Assembly: GCA_963695545.1 (NCBI GenBank)
Contig: OY968796.1
Coordinates: 64,001 to 128,000 of the forward strand
Length of the DNA stretch: 64,000 nucleotides
Source of the DNA: Terriglobia bacterium
Lineage (GTDB): Bacteria > Acidobacteriota > Terriglobia > Acidiferrales > UBA7541
Direction of reading: 5' to 3'
A model generated the notes under the pieces. It saw only the letters and a list, made by a program, of their open reading frames with translations, did no database searches and was not told the origin of the DNA. How positions within the stretch are numbered: position 1 is the stretch's first letter; every line of letters begins with the position of its first letter. A program made the translations under genes and the position numbers. Below, piece after piece: positions 50,465 to 61,900 of this stretch.

Positions 50465-50601
50465 CGGCGGCCTCCTGACCCTGCCAGCGCGCTTTCGCGC
50501 GCCTGCGCGTTGCGCTTCTCGAGTCGCGGGAGAAGCGACTGCATGCGCTCATCGAAACTGATGAATTTCATTACTGTCGAGTGTTCAATCTGTTGCGCCA
50601 T
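50461..50601 (-). CDS. Small 46-aa ORF or gene remnant coupled to the membrane-protein gene
   Basis: GGAG SD, MAQQIEHSTV...GSGGRR, ATGA overlap with the start at 50464. Confidence 0.4.
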   Translation of the reverse strand: MAQQIEHSTVMKFISFDERMQSLLPRLEKRNAQARESALAGSGGRR

Positions 50602-50658
50602 CGAATTGTCTCCATTGGATAAGAAAGATGTATGTACAGCTATTGCGCGAAAAAAGGG

Positions 50659-51111
50659 TCAGACCGCCGTGGATGCGCGGGTTACTCCGGAGAGCAGTAC
50701 GCCCACCTGGCTCCAGTGCGGTTCACCTAATCCCTTGTGCAAGCGTGTCTGTGCGCGGTCCCAATAGGGCTGGGATCGCTTCAACTTGTCTCGCCCTCCA
50801 GCAGTAAGTCGCAGAAGCCGGCGCCGGCGGTCGTCTCCCGTCTTCACGGCGATCCATCCGCGCTTCGTCAGGAGTCTCAGCATACGTGTCAAGCTCGTGG
50901 TGTCCAGCGCCAGCACCTTGCCCAAACCTCCTTGGGTAACTTCACCCGTGAGATCCAACGTCATCAGCAACGTAAACTGCGTCTGCTCCAGGCCGGTTGG
51001 TCGAAGCTCCCGGTTATACATTCGCGTAACCGCCCGCGCTGCGCGACGAAGGTTTGCGCACGCACAGGGCAGCATCGGCAACCGTCCTTCGGCTCGCGGC
51101 TTGCTCTTCAT
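50659..51111 (-). CDS. MarR-family transcriptional regulator
   Basis: CACANLRRAAR, TQFTLL, LDTTSLTR, DDRRRR..LT. Confidence 0.9.
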   Translation of the reverse strand: MKSKPRAEGRLPMLPCACANLRRAARAVTRMYNRELRPTGLEQTQFTLLMTLDLTGEVTQGGLGKVLALDTTSLTRMLRLLTKRGWIAVKTGDDRRRRLLRLTAGGRDKLKRSQPYWDRAQTRLHKGLGEPHWSQVGVLLSGVTRASTAV

Positions 51112-51122
51112 TCTCACAACAC

Positions 51123-51134
51123 ATGTATATACAT
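51123..51134. promoter_or_regulatory. Palindromic MarR operator candidate
   Basis: Perfect palindrome ATGTATATACAT just upstream of the marR start; related TGTATGTACA at 50629-50638. Confidence 0.6.
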
Positions 51135-51279
51135 ATAATGTGGCGGCGTCAAGCGAAATCAGACGTCGGAACCTGGCCGGAACGTCCATTGAACAATTCG
51201 GCGCATGCGTAACGTCGATATTTCGCTTGCCGCTTTAGATTCCCGAGGACAATGCTTTAGAATGAACGCTATCCGGCGT

Positions 51280-51356
51280 GCGCCCGTAGCTCAGGTGGAT
51301 AGAGCGTCTGCCTTCTAAGCAGAGGGTCGGGAGTTCGAATCTCCCCGGGCGCGCCA
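51280..51356 (+). tRNA. tRNA-Arg (anticodon TCT)
   Basis: Acceptor stem GCGCCCG/CGGGCGC, anticodon arm TCTGC-CTTCTAA-GCAGA, GTTCGAAT T-loop, encoded CCA. Confidence 0.97.
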
Positions 51357-51645
51357 GATCCAATAAATTTGGCATCTGTGGTTTGGAAGAATTGACGCAA
51401 GATTCAAAAGCCCCACCCTTTGCTGCGCGAAGAATGGGCCACCCCGGGCTGCTCATTACGCAGCCCGAAAAACGGCCGCGCTCCGGGCTGATTACTCCTG
51501 GAGATATCATCGGGGCGCGCCGAACCGCGAAAAGCGAAGCGCGAAACGCGTGGAAAGGCTGCGCCGCCCGCCGATGGAAGCTCCGCGAGTGCTCGCATCG
51601 GGCTCCCCATACCGCCTGAAATACCCATAAACTCAGCATCCACGC

Positions 51646-51999
51646 CTACGATCCTCTGGCATACAGTCCCAGAACAAGCGAGGCTCCGGCAAGCATGAGA
51701 AACACGGCGGCCCCACCGAATGAGGAGTCGCGTGCACGCCAGTGGGTGATGATGGCGGAGATAAAGAACAGTATCAGACCGATTGCGGCGGCTGTCCCGA
51801 TCAGTGGTAGACGAAAGCCGACCAGCAATCCAACTGCACCCGCTGCCTTGAGGATACCCAGCATTGGCAGCCATGATTCAGGCACCCCCAGTCTCGCCAT
51901 CATAAGGAGAATTTTTTTGTAGCGGACAAAGTCGAGAGTGGCCCCGTAGGCATTTGCAGCGGCAGCCAGCACAGTGAAAACGACATAAGCGATATACAT
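51646..51999 (-). CDS. DoxX-like membrane protein
   Basis: LGILKAAGAVGLL...FFISAIITHWRA; GGAG before ATG 51999. Confidence 0.8.
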   Translation of the reverse strand: MYIAYVVFTVLAAAANAYGATLDFVRYKKILLMMARLGVPESWLPMLGILKAAGAVGLLVGFRLPLIGTAAAIGLILFFISAIITHWRARDSSFGGAAVFLMLAGASLVLGLYARGS

Positions 52000-52078
52000 G
52001 GGAGACTCCAATGGTTTTTCCCGTTCGGTTGCAGATCGTTAACCGTCGAATTCAACCCGGTGGCTCGCAGAATCTTCC

Positions 52079-52140
52079 CGTCACATCCACCGGGTTTTAT
52101 CCGTCATACTCATGACGGATCGCGGCCAGAGAATGTGACA
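52079..52140. promoter_or_regulatory. Two face-to-face ECF41-type promoters
   Basis: CGTCACA-N16-CGTC on + (52079-52105) and TGTCACA-N16-CGTC on - (52140-52114). Confidence 0.8.
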
Positions 52141-52141
52141 A

Positions 52142-53023
52142 ATGAACGACCGGGATTGGTTAGCGCAAGAATTTGAGGAGAAGCGGCGTCACCTGCGGGC
52201 GGTTGGCTATCGCATGCTCGGTTCCCTGAGCGAGGCGGACGATGCAGTACAGGAAGCCTGGCTGCGGCTCAACCGCTCCGACGCCGGGCCCATCGAGAAC
52301 CTCGATGGTTGGCTGACGACGGTCGTCGCGCGGGTGTGCCTGGACATGCTGCGCTCGCGCAAGTCGCGGCGCGAGGAGTCCCTCAGTTCGCACATGCCCG
52401 ATCCGATCGTGAGCCGCGAGGACGGGAACGACCCCGAGAACCAAGCGCTACTGGCCGACTCGGTCGGTATCGCGCTGCTCGTGGTACTCGAAACGTTGGC
52501 ACCCGCCGAGCGGCTCGCCTTTGTGTTACATGACATGTTTGCCGTGCCCTTCGACGAAATCGCTCCCATTGTCGGGCGATCCCCGACTGCAACAAGGCAG
52601 CTCGCGAGTCGCGCACGCCGGCGGGTGCGGGAAGTGACCTCGGCCCCCGAATCCGACCTCTCCCGACAGCGAGAAGTTGTCGATGCCTTCGTCGCTGCCT
52701 CGCGGGGCGGTGACTTCGACGCGCTTCTCGCAGTGCTTGACCCAGACGTCGTCGTCCGAGTCGACGGCGGCGCCGAGACTTCGGGCGCATCAAGGGTGAT
52801 TCGCGGTGCGCGTGCCGTGGCCGCGCAGGCGGTCACGGTCTCGCGACTAGTCCTGACCGTGCAGCCGGTGCTCGTGAACGGGGCCGCGGGAATCGTCTCA
52901 TGGCTTCCGGGCGGGCGGCCGTTTTCGGTCATGGGCTTCACAGTCAGGCGCGGAAAGATTATCAAGATCGACGTGCTCACCGACCCCGTGCGCCTCAGCC
53001 AACTCGACCTAGCGGTCTTGTAG
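52142..53023 (+). CDS. ECF41 (SigJ-like) sigma factor with C-terminal SnoaL-like domain
   Basis: YRMLGS..EADDAVQEAWLR, MPDP linker, ERLAFVLHD, RQLASRAR, DGG, VNG. Confidence 0.9.
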   Translation: MNDRDWLAQEFEEKRRHLRAVGYRMLGSLSEADDAVQEAWLRLNRSDAGPIENLDGWLTTVVARVCLDMLRSRKSRREESLSSHMPDPIVSREDGNDPENQALLADSVGIALLVVLETLAPAERLAFVLHDMFAVPFDEIAPIVGRSPTATRQLASRARRRVREVTSAPESDLSRQREVVDAFVAASRGGDFDALLAVLDPDVVVRVDGGAETSGASRVIRGARAVAAQAVTVSRLVLTVQPVLVNGAAGIVSWLPGGRPFSVMGFTVRRGKIIKIDVLTDPVRLSQLDLAVL

Positions 53024-53293
53024 ACCTTCTGTTGCTTCATGACGGAATTCGAGAGAAGTTGCGCTTTCGCGGCAAGCCGTTTACCGGCATTCAAAGCGCT
53101 ATCGCAGCAAAAGAGGCTCGACCTAAGGCGCTGTGGACAGCGCGATTAGCGCACCGAATGTCCATTTCGCCGAAATTTGACGGTATTTTTCGTTTAGTCC
53201 GGCGAAAACTGCGCGAAGCGGAGCTGCCCTGAAGCGATTCCCGCGTTTAGTTATAGTAGATAACTTGAAGCATGGTCGCGGAAGGGAAGCAGA

Positions 53294-53848
53294 ATGGTCA
53301 AACAAGCCGAGAAGGCGAAACGACTGCAACCTCTCCCCGAGACGTTGCGGCGCCTGTTCCTCACTTCGGGGAATGTGTGTGTTCCCCGGTTGCCGAGAAC
53401 TAATGATCGACTTGGCTGGGCATTTTGTTGGTCAACTCTGCCACGTTGAGGCTGCGGAACCGGGCGGCGAGAGGTTCAACCGTTCGACCACAAATGAACA
53501 AAGGCGGGCGTTCGAGAACCTCTTGCTCATGTGTTACGCACACCATGTGATCACAGACGATGTAGACGAGCATTCCGTCAGTAGGCTCAAAGATATGAAG
53601 GCGAATCACGAGGCATTGTTTTCCGATCCTGCGGTTGCAATGGCTCGGGTGTTAGAAGACGAGACCGCCAAAACAGAGAGTCGAAAGGCGCGCTCGTTGA
53701 AACGCCTAAACGAAGTGCTTGCTTGGGACCGTGACGATCATCAGCTGGAGGAAAGCGCAAAATTGTTGAATGGTCTCGTGTCGCGGCTCAAGAATCTTCC
53801 GAAAAACGCTCGCGTACTTGTCAGAATTATTGTGGAGCGCGCCAGATC
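53294..53848 (+). pseudogene. HNH-endonuclease-domain gene, frameshifted at (TG)4 and apparently truncated at the att-like repeat
   Basis: MVKQAEKAKRL..ETLRRLFLTSGNVC then, in another frame, FPGC..CHVEAA.PGGERFN..NLLLMCYAHH..TD. Confidence 0.65.
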
Positions 53849-54062
53849 TTGCGCAGTTTGTTCTCTACGACTTCGGCGGATACCTTCTGCTTCGTTTCGA
53901 ATTCACATTCCACGTTCGGTCTTGATGGAGGCGATGCAACGGTCAGTTGCAGGGGAATCGTTAGGTCGGGCGGCGTCGCTGCGTTTTAATGAGGCGAGAA
54001 ATGCCCGGAGAGCCTAAACTCCTCGCGGAAAGAAATCTTGTAATTGAGACAATGGAGATGCC

Positions 54063-54755
54063 GTGAGCGCCCACTTATTCGGCCTGTTCTTAGCGGGCCT
54101 GTTTGCGATTGGCCAAAGCGCGGGAGCGGGGAGCGCGGAGGTTTGGATGTTCGACCAGACCACCGCGATTGGCAATCATCCTACGAACGTTCTCGGCCAC
54201 CCGCAGGTGATCGAGACGCCGTTCGGCAAGGCCGTGCAATTCAATGGCGTCGATGACGCGTTGTTTGTCGCGGATCATCCCCTCGCAGGCGCGGAGACCT
54301 GGACGTGGGAAGTGATATTCCGGCCCGATGCGGATGGCGCCGCGGAGCAACGATTCTTCCATCTGTCGGTCTTGGATCAGGCAACGGGTAAGGACACCGA
54401 CGATCGCATGCTATTCGAGATACGGATTGTGAACGGCCAGTGGTGCCTGGATAGCTTTGCGGCAACGGGCGCGCATTCGCTGGCGCTGCTCGATCGCCAG
54501 AAATTGTATCCGCTCGGGAAATGGTATCGAGTCACTGCGGTTTACGACGGGCGGACGCTTAAGAATTATGTGGGCGATGACTTGCAGGGCGAAGGCGAAT
54601 TGCAACTGGCGCCGCAAGGACCGGGCCATTCGTCCGTAGGCGTGCGCATAAATCTGAAGGACTATTTTAAGGGAGCAATTTACGCGGCGCGATTTACGCG
54701 GCGCGCTTTGGCTGTGGACGAATTCCTAAAGATGCCCGCCGGCGCTGATCGCTAA
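54063..54755 (+). CDS. Secreted LamG/concanavalin-A-like domain protein
   Basis: Signal peptide, AVQFNG.DD, TWEVIF.P, WYRVTAVYDG, YFKGAI. Confidence 0.8.
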   Translation: MSAHLFGLFLAGLFAIGQSAGAGSAEVWMFDQTTAIGNHPTNVLGHPQVIETPFGKAVQFNGVDDALFVADHPLAGAETWTWEVIFRPDADGAAEQRFFHLSVLDQATGKDTDDRMLFEIRIVNGQWCLDSFAATGAHSLALLDRQKLYPLGKWYRVTAVYDGRTLKNYVGDDLQGEGELQLAPQGPGHSSVGVRINLKDYFKGAIYAARFTRRALAVDEFLKMPAGADR

Positions 54756-54943
54756 CGGGGCGCTGGATCGAGCGGCTTCCATCGGGCCCTGGCCCTGGCT
54801 TTGTTTTGGATTGCTGACATATTTGTCACTCATTTACGGTGCAAAAGACTATACTAGTGGAGTCACACTAGCATCCTTCCGCGGCCTACCCTGCTCGAAG
54901 CGGTCCCTTGCGAAATCTGACGGTTTTTCGCGAGGAGACGCTG

Positions 54944-55729
54944 ATGGCCCACCCAAAAACTGGCCGTACCAGGATTTCCGCCGCAGAGCCCGCCGCCAAT
55001 GGAGCGGGCAACCGGACGGTGCAAAACAAAATACTCCTTGGGCTTCCAATCAGGGAGCGGAATGCGATCCTCTCGAAGCTGGAGTTCTTCCCCCTACCCG
55101 TTCCCATGGTGTTGAACGAAGTTGCGGAGCGCATCAAGTACGCCTACTTCGTCAACGATGGATTGGCGTCAGTTTTGAAAGTCATGGAAGATGGAAGCAG
55201 CGTTGAAGTGGGGCTTTGCGGACGAGAAGGCTTCGTCGGCGTGCCTTTGATCGTGGGATTCAGCTCCAGCCCCACGCGCGTGATCATGCAGGTTGGCGGC
55301 AGCGGGTTCAGAATCAGCGCCAAAAACCTGGCGGCCGCCATGGATGATTGTCCAACTCTCGTGGCGAGCCTGCGCAGGTTCGCGCAGGAACTGGCGCTTC
55401 AATCGGAACAAATTGCGGCCTGCAACCGGCTGCACGAAGTTGAAGAGAGGCTCGCGAGATGGCTGCTGATGTGTCAAGACCGCCTGGGCGGCAACGCGGT
55501 CCCGCTGACGCACACCTTTCTGGCACACATGCTGGGAACGCGCCGGGCCAGCGTGACCGAGGCAGCAGGTATTTTGCAAAAGATAAACCTCATCAGGTGT
55601 TCGCGCGGCCTGGTGGTCATCGAACATCGTGGCCGGCTCGAAAACGCAGCGTGCGAATGCTACGGCGTGCTGACTCGCCAGATCGCAGCCTGGCACCGGG
55701 AAACCAATGAACATGAGCGGAAAAGATAG
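54944..55729 (+). CDS. Crp/Fnr-family transcriptional regulator
   Basis: EVGLCGREG, ACNRLH.VEERLARWLL, LTHTFLAHMLGTRRASVT HTH; GAGGAG SD. Confidence 0.92.
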   Translation: MAHPKTGRTRISAAEPAANGAGNRTVQNKILLGLPIRERNAILSKLEFFPLPVPMVLNEVAERIKYAYFVNDGLASVLKVMEDGSSVEVGLCGREGFVGVPLIVGFSSSPTRVIMQVGGSGFRISAKNLAAAMDDCPTLVASLRRFAQELALQSEQIAACNRLHEVEERLARWLLMCQDRLGGNAVPLTHTFLAHMLGTRRASVTEAAGILQKINLIRCSRGLVVIEHRGRLENAACECYGVLTRQIAAWHRETNEHERKR

Positions 55730-55996
55730 CCTACGATTTGAATAGCTGTGCGCGACGCCGCGTCAGGCCGTAGTACGCCGAGTGTTTCAAAGTGAAACCA
55801 TCATCGTGGCGGATACGACACCACCCTGTGACGCGCGCGCGAGACTCCGCTTGCTCGCCGATTTGACCTTGCTAGACTCTCCCGTGCACTGCGGAACCCC
55901 TTCCGCGTTTTATTACCGGCGGCGATCGAACTGAATTTCCACGAATCGCCACGGTCGTAACCAATCCGCAAGACTCTCCTGGAGGATTGCAATCTT

Positions 55997-58900
55997 ATGC
56001 GCCCAACGCGCTTGCGGATATCGCTTTCTCAATCGTGGGTCGTGCGAGTTCTTCCGACCCTTTCGAGATTTGTGGCGTTCGCCACGCGCGCCGGTTCGTG
56101 GGCGCTGCTGCTTCTGATTTTTTCCGCGAGCGCGGCGCGCGCGCAGAACATCACCGCGGGCGGCATCATCTCGACCGCGGCGGGAAGCGGCGGCGCCGGC
56201 TCAGCGGGAAGCGGAGGGCTCGCGACGGCCACTCCAGTTGGCGGGCCCGACGGGGTGGCATTGGATCGCGCGGGAAATATCTATCTACTGGATCGCACCA
56301 ACGATCAGGTCGACGTCGTCAACACCCAGGCGGCGGCGATCACGGTCACCGGAGTAACGATCCAGCCTGGGAACGTCGCAGTGATCGTGGGGAGCACAGG
56401 TTCGTGCGGGACCGCCGGAGCGATTGGAGACGGCGGGCCGGCAATCGACGGGCTGCTTTGCGGACCACTCGGCTTGGCTCTGGACGCTTCGGGAAACATC
56501 TATATCGCGGACAATCAAGACCTGCGCATTCGCATCGTCAACACGCAGGCGACCGCGATCACGGTCGCGGGCGTCACCATTCCGCCCAACGATATCGCAA
56601 CTGTCGTGGGCACCGGAGTCTCCGGTTCCGCGGGAGACGGCGGCGCGGCGACGAGCGCAACGTTAACCAATCCCAGCGGCGTGGCTCTGGATGCGGCGGG
56701 GAATATTTATATTGCCGACGAAGGCGCGGACGTCGTGCGCGTCGTAAACACGCAAGCGGGATCAATCACCATCGCCGGCGTAACGATCGCTCCGAACGAT
56801 ATCAAGACGATCGCCGGGACGGCCGATTCTCCTGCGTACACCGGAGATGGCGGCGCGGCGACCAGCGCCAAATTGAGCTCGCCGTACGCTGTGGCGCTCG
56901 ACGCAGCCGGAAATATTTATATCGATGACGATGGCAACGAAGTGGTACGCGTCGTAAATCCGCAAGCCAGCGCGAGCGTCACCGTCGCGGGCGTTTCGAT
57001 CGCGGCCGGCGATATCAAGACGATTGCAGGAAACGGAACCTCCGGTTACATGGGCAATGGCGGAGCCGCGACCTCCGCGGAATTGAATAATCCGCTGGGC
57101 GTTTTCGTCGAGGCCAATGGAAACATCCTCATCGCCGATGCGAACAACTCCGTAATCCGGTTGGTGACCACGACCGGAACGATATCCACGTTCGCGGGCG
57201 ACAACACGTTTGGCTTCACCGGAGACGGTGGATTCGCGACGAGCGCCGAGCTGTCCGGCGCAGACGCTACGGTTTCCGACGCCGCCGGAGATGTGTACAT
57301 CGCGGATTTTAATGATCACCGGATTCGCGAAGTGGTGAGCGGTACGGCGAAGTTTGGTTCTGTGGCTGTGGGACAAAGCGTCACGCTGCCGATCGGCCTG
57401 AACTTCACTGCCGGCGAAACCCTGGCGACTATCTCCGCGAGCGGAGATAACACCGTCTCGAGTGTCGGCACGTGCACACTGGGCGTCGCGTTTGTGTCCG
57501 GAAATTCCTGCATCCTGAGTGTGAAGTTCACGCCGACCGCTCCCGGACCGCGATGGTTCCCGGTAACCGTCACCGACTCCAGCGGGAACATCTATTCTTT
57601 TGCATTGCAAGGCACCGGCGTCGCGCCAGCCACGGCCTTCACGCCCGGAATCATCGCCACGATTGTGGGCACTGGGACGGCCGGGTTCACGGGCGATGGC
57701 GGCCCGGCGACCGCAGCGGAAATCGGAAAACTCTGGGAAGCGACGGTGGATAGCGCGGGCAATCTCTACCTCGTCGATCACGACAACCAGCGCATTCGCG
57801 TTGTGAACAGGCAATCGAGCGCGATTACCGTCTTTGGCGTGACGATTCCGGCGGGCGACATTCAAACGGTAGCCGGAAATGGGACCGCGGGCGCTTTAGG
57901 CGACGGCGGAGCGGCCACGAGCGCGGAGTTTTATTACCCAGAGGGAGTGGTGCTGGATGGCGCGGGCAATCTCTATATCGCCGATAGCATCAACAACAAA
58001 ATTCGCAAAGTCACTGCGGCAGGCATCATCTCGACCGTGGCCGGTGGCGGCTCGGCGTGCGGTGCGGCCACCGACGGTTTAGGAGACGGTTGTCCGGCAA
58101 CGCAGGCGACGATTAATTCGCCGAACGGCGTTGGCTTCGACGCATCCGGGAATCTCTACATCGTGGACACGTTCAACAACCGCATCCGGAAAGTAAGCCC
58201 GGCCGGGATCATCACCACGGTGGCGGGCGGCGGGTCGGTATGCGGCGGCGCGACGGACTCCGTTGGCGATGGTTGCGCGGCCACCAGCGCGACTTTGGAT
58301 CTGCCTGGCAGCGCATTAGTGGATGCAGCGGGCAATCTCTACATCGCCGACACCAGCAATAATCGCGTCCGCAAAGTGAATACGAACGGCGTCATTACGA
58401 CCGTGGCGGGCACTGGAACGGCGGGCTTTAGTGGAGATGGAGGCCTCGCGACCAGCGCGGAATTGGATGTTCCGTTTCGTATTTCCATCGACGCCGCAGG
58501 GGATCTTTACGTCGACGATCAAACCAATGAGCGAATCCGCATGGTGGCTACGAACGGGGATATTTCCACCGTGGCGGGTGACGGGATCGCCGGTTTCATG
58601 GGTGACTCCGGATCCGCAACCGCCTCCGAACTCAGCAGTCCAGACAGCGCGGCCGTGGACGGCGCGGGCAATCTTTACATCGCCGACGGCGCAAACTCCA
58701 GGATTCGGAAAGTCAGCGTCACCCTTGCGCCAACCGAGGCCTTCGGCACTCTGGAGGTTGGCCAAACCAGCGGTGCGATGGGCGTCGGTCTCTCCGACGT
58801 GGGCAACGCTGCGCTCAGTATCAGTTCGCTGACGTGGCCCACCGGCTTCGCCATGGCAACTGTCGGCGACGATTGCGCCGTCGCCACGCCCGTGACGCTC

Positions 58901-61900
58901 GGCGGGAAATGCGATCTGGGCACCGTGTTTTCGCCTTCAACTGCGGGCGCGTTCAGCGCTTCGCTGGGCGTGGCCAGCAATGCCTTCGATGCGCCATCGA
59001 CAATCGCTCTAACCGGAACGGCGAATCTGCCTGTAACGGCTTTGCCAGCGACGCTCACATTCTCGAATCAGCCCGTCGCCCAGTTGAGCGCGACGCAAGC
59101 GGTGACGCTGACCAATCCAACCGGCGCGGCGATCACTGGAATCGCCATCACTTTCAGCGGCACGAACGGAACCGAGTTCACCGAGACCGACAATTGCACC
59201 GCCACGCTCGCCGCAAATTCCAGTTGCACGATCAACGTGGGATTCACGCCTACGGCGGTCGGCTCCGGCTCGCACACCGGTGAAATGAGCATCGCCGATA
59301 GCGATCCAAGCACTCCGCAAGTGGTGATGCTCACCGGCACCGCCGTCAAAGGCACGCCGGTAATCACCTGGGCCACTCCCGCGGCGATCACCTACGGCAC
59401 CGCGCTCAGCAGCACGCAACTTGATGCCAGCGCGAGCGTGTCCGGAGTATTTGCCTACACGCCCGCTTCGGGCAGCACGCCCGCGGCGGGGAGCGATACG
59501 CTTAGCGTCGTTTTCACTCCTACCGACACCACCGATTACGCGGCAACCACCGCGACTGTGAATCTCACCGTGAATCAGGCGATTCCGACAGTCACCTGGA
59601 CCACGCCAGCCGCCATCACTTACGGCACCGCGCTCAGCGCCACGCAACTCGACGCGACGGCGAGCACCGCGGGAACTTTCGTGTACGCGCCCGCATCCGG
59701 CACCGTGCTAACGGCAGGATTCCAAACGCTGCACGTGACATTCACTCCGACCGACGCGGTCGATTACACGACAGCTACCGGCACCACAACTCTAACCGTG
59801 GACGCGGCGGCGCCCGTGATCACCTGGGCCACGCCAGCCGCGATCACCTACGGAACCGCGCTCAGCGGCGCGCAACTTGATGCGACCGCGAGCGTGCCGG
59901 GAACTTTTGTCTACACACCAGCCGCGGGCATAGTGCTTGGCGCGGGCTCGAAGGTTCTCGACGTGACGTTCTCGCCGACCGACGCGGTCGATTACACCTC
60001 GGCCTCCGCCGGCGTATTTCTCACGGTAAACAAGGCGACTCCCGTGATCACCTGGGCCACGCCAGCCGCGATCACCTACGGCACCGCGCTCAGCGTCACG
60101 CAGCTTGACGCCACTGCCAGCACAGCGGGCACCTTCGTGTATTCACCCGCATCCGGCACCGTGCTAACCGGCGGAGCCCAAACGCTAAATGTGACGTTCA
60201 CTCCGACCGACGGCACCGATTACACCACCGCGACCGGCAGCACAATTCTGACCGTAAACAAGGCGGCGCCCGTGATCACCTGGGCCGGGCCTGCGGCGAT
60301 CACATACGGAACAGCGCTCAGCGGCACGCAACTTGATGCGACCGCGAGTGTAGGAGGGACGTTTGTCTACACGCCGGCAGCCGGCGCTGTGCTTACGGCG
60401 GGCGCGCAAGTGCTCGACGTAACGTTCTCCCCGACCGATACGGTCGATTACACCTCGGCCTCCGCCGGCGTACCTCTGACGGTAAACAAGGCAGTGCCCG
60501 TGGTTACCTGGGCCACGCCCGCCGCGATCACCTACGGCACCGCGCTCAGCGCTACGCAGCTTGATGCCACCGCGAGTGTGCCCGGCACGTTTGTCTATGC
60601 GCCGGCTGCGGGAGCCGTTCCGTTGGCGGGCAGCGATACGCTCGGCGTGACATTCACACCGACCGACTCCGTGGACTACACAACAGTCACTGCCAATGTG
60701 ACCTTGGTCGTACATCAGGCGACGCCCGTAATTACCTGGGCCACGCCCGCCGCGATCACCTACGGCACCGCGCTCAGCGCCACGCAGCTTGACGCGACGA
60801 CAACTGTGGCGGGTACTTTTGCCTACTCACCGGCCGCGGCGACCGTCCCCGGTGCAGGCAGTCAAACGCTGCACGTGACCTTCACTCCGACTGACGCGGT
60901 CGATTACACAACGGCCACCGCCACCACAACTCTCACCGTAAATCAGGCCACGCCCGTGATCACCTGGGCCACGCCCGCCGCGATCACGTATCTGACAGCT
61001 CTGAGCGGCACGCAACTCGATGCGACGACGACCACCGCGGGGACATTCGTCTACACGCCGGCGTCCGGCACCGTGCTGACGGCCGGAGCACAGACGCTGC
61101 ATGTGACCTTCACTCCAACCGATACGACTGATTTCACGACAGCGGCCGGCACCACGACCCTGACCGTGAATCAAGCCACGCCCGTGATTACCTGGACTAC
61201 GCCCGCGGCGATTACTTACCCGACTGCGCTGAGCGGTACGCAACTTGACGCCACAGCCAGCGTCGGTGGGACGTTCGTCTACTCGCCGGTATCAGGCTCT
61301 ACGCCGACCGCGGGGAACGATTTCCTCACCGTCACGTTCACCCCGACCGACGCCGTCGATTACACCACCGCCACCGCCAACGTGACGCTCGTCGTGCATC
61401 AAGCGACGCCCGTGATCACCTGGGGCACTCCCGCCGCCATCACCTACCCAACGCCGCTCAGCGCCACGCAGCTTGATGCAACAGCGAGCGTGCCAGGTAC
61501 CTTCGTCTATGCTCCAGCCGCGGCGAGTGTGCCACTCGCGGGCAGCGACACGCTCAATGTAGCTTTCACTCCCACCGACGCGGTCGATTACACCACGGCC
61601 ACGGCCAACGTAACGCTAACGGTCAACAAGGGGACGCCCGTAATCACCTGGGCCACGCCTGCGGCGATTACTTACGGAACAGCGCTCAGCGCCACGCAAC
61701 TTGACGCCACAACAACTGTGCCCGGAACTTTCGCCTATACGCCCGCTGCGGCAACCGTACTCGCCGCCGGCAGCCAAACGCTGCACGTGACGTTTACTCC
61801 CACTGACGCCGTCGACTACAACACAGCCAGCGGCACCACAACTCTCGTCGTGAATCAGGCCACGCCCGTGATCACCTGGGCCGCGCCCGCCGCGATCGCC

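Larger units (their letters stand above)
51349..53848. mobile_element. Integrase-less islet at tRNA-Arg bounded by a 12-bp direct repeat
   Basis: GCGCGCCAGATC at 51349-51360 (tRNA 3' end) and at 53837-53848; contains a damaged HNH gene. Confidence 0.55.

Noticed and set aside
51235..51639. 134-aa ORF containing ARPGRFELPTLCLEG
   Set aside because: Antisense translation of the tRNA gene
53849..54017. C-terminal tail of the 250-aa ORF as part of the HNH protein
   Set aside because: It lies beyond the att-like repeat and reads like non-coding read-through
55730..55996. Possible c-di-GMP riboswitch ahead of the giant adhesin
   Set aside because: I could not identify the conserved riboswitch motifs by eye; an Rfam scan is needed
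55987..56928. 313-aa plus-strand ORF, and the many short ORFs up to 64000
   Set aside because: Off-frame or antisense shadows of the giant protein in the 55997 frame
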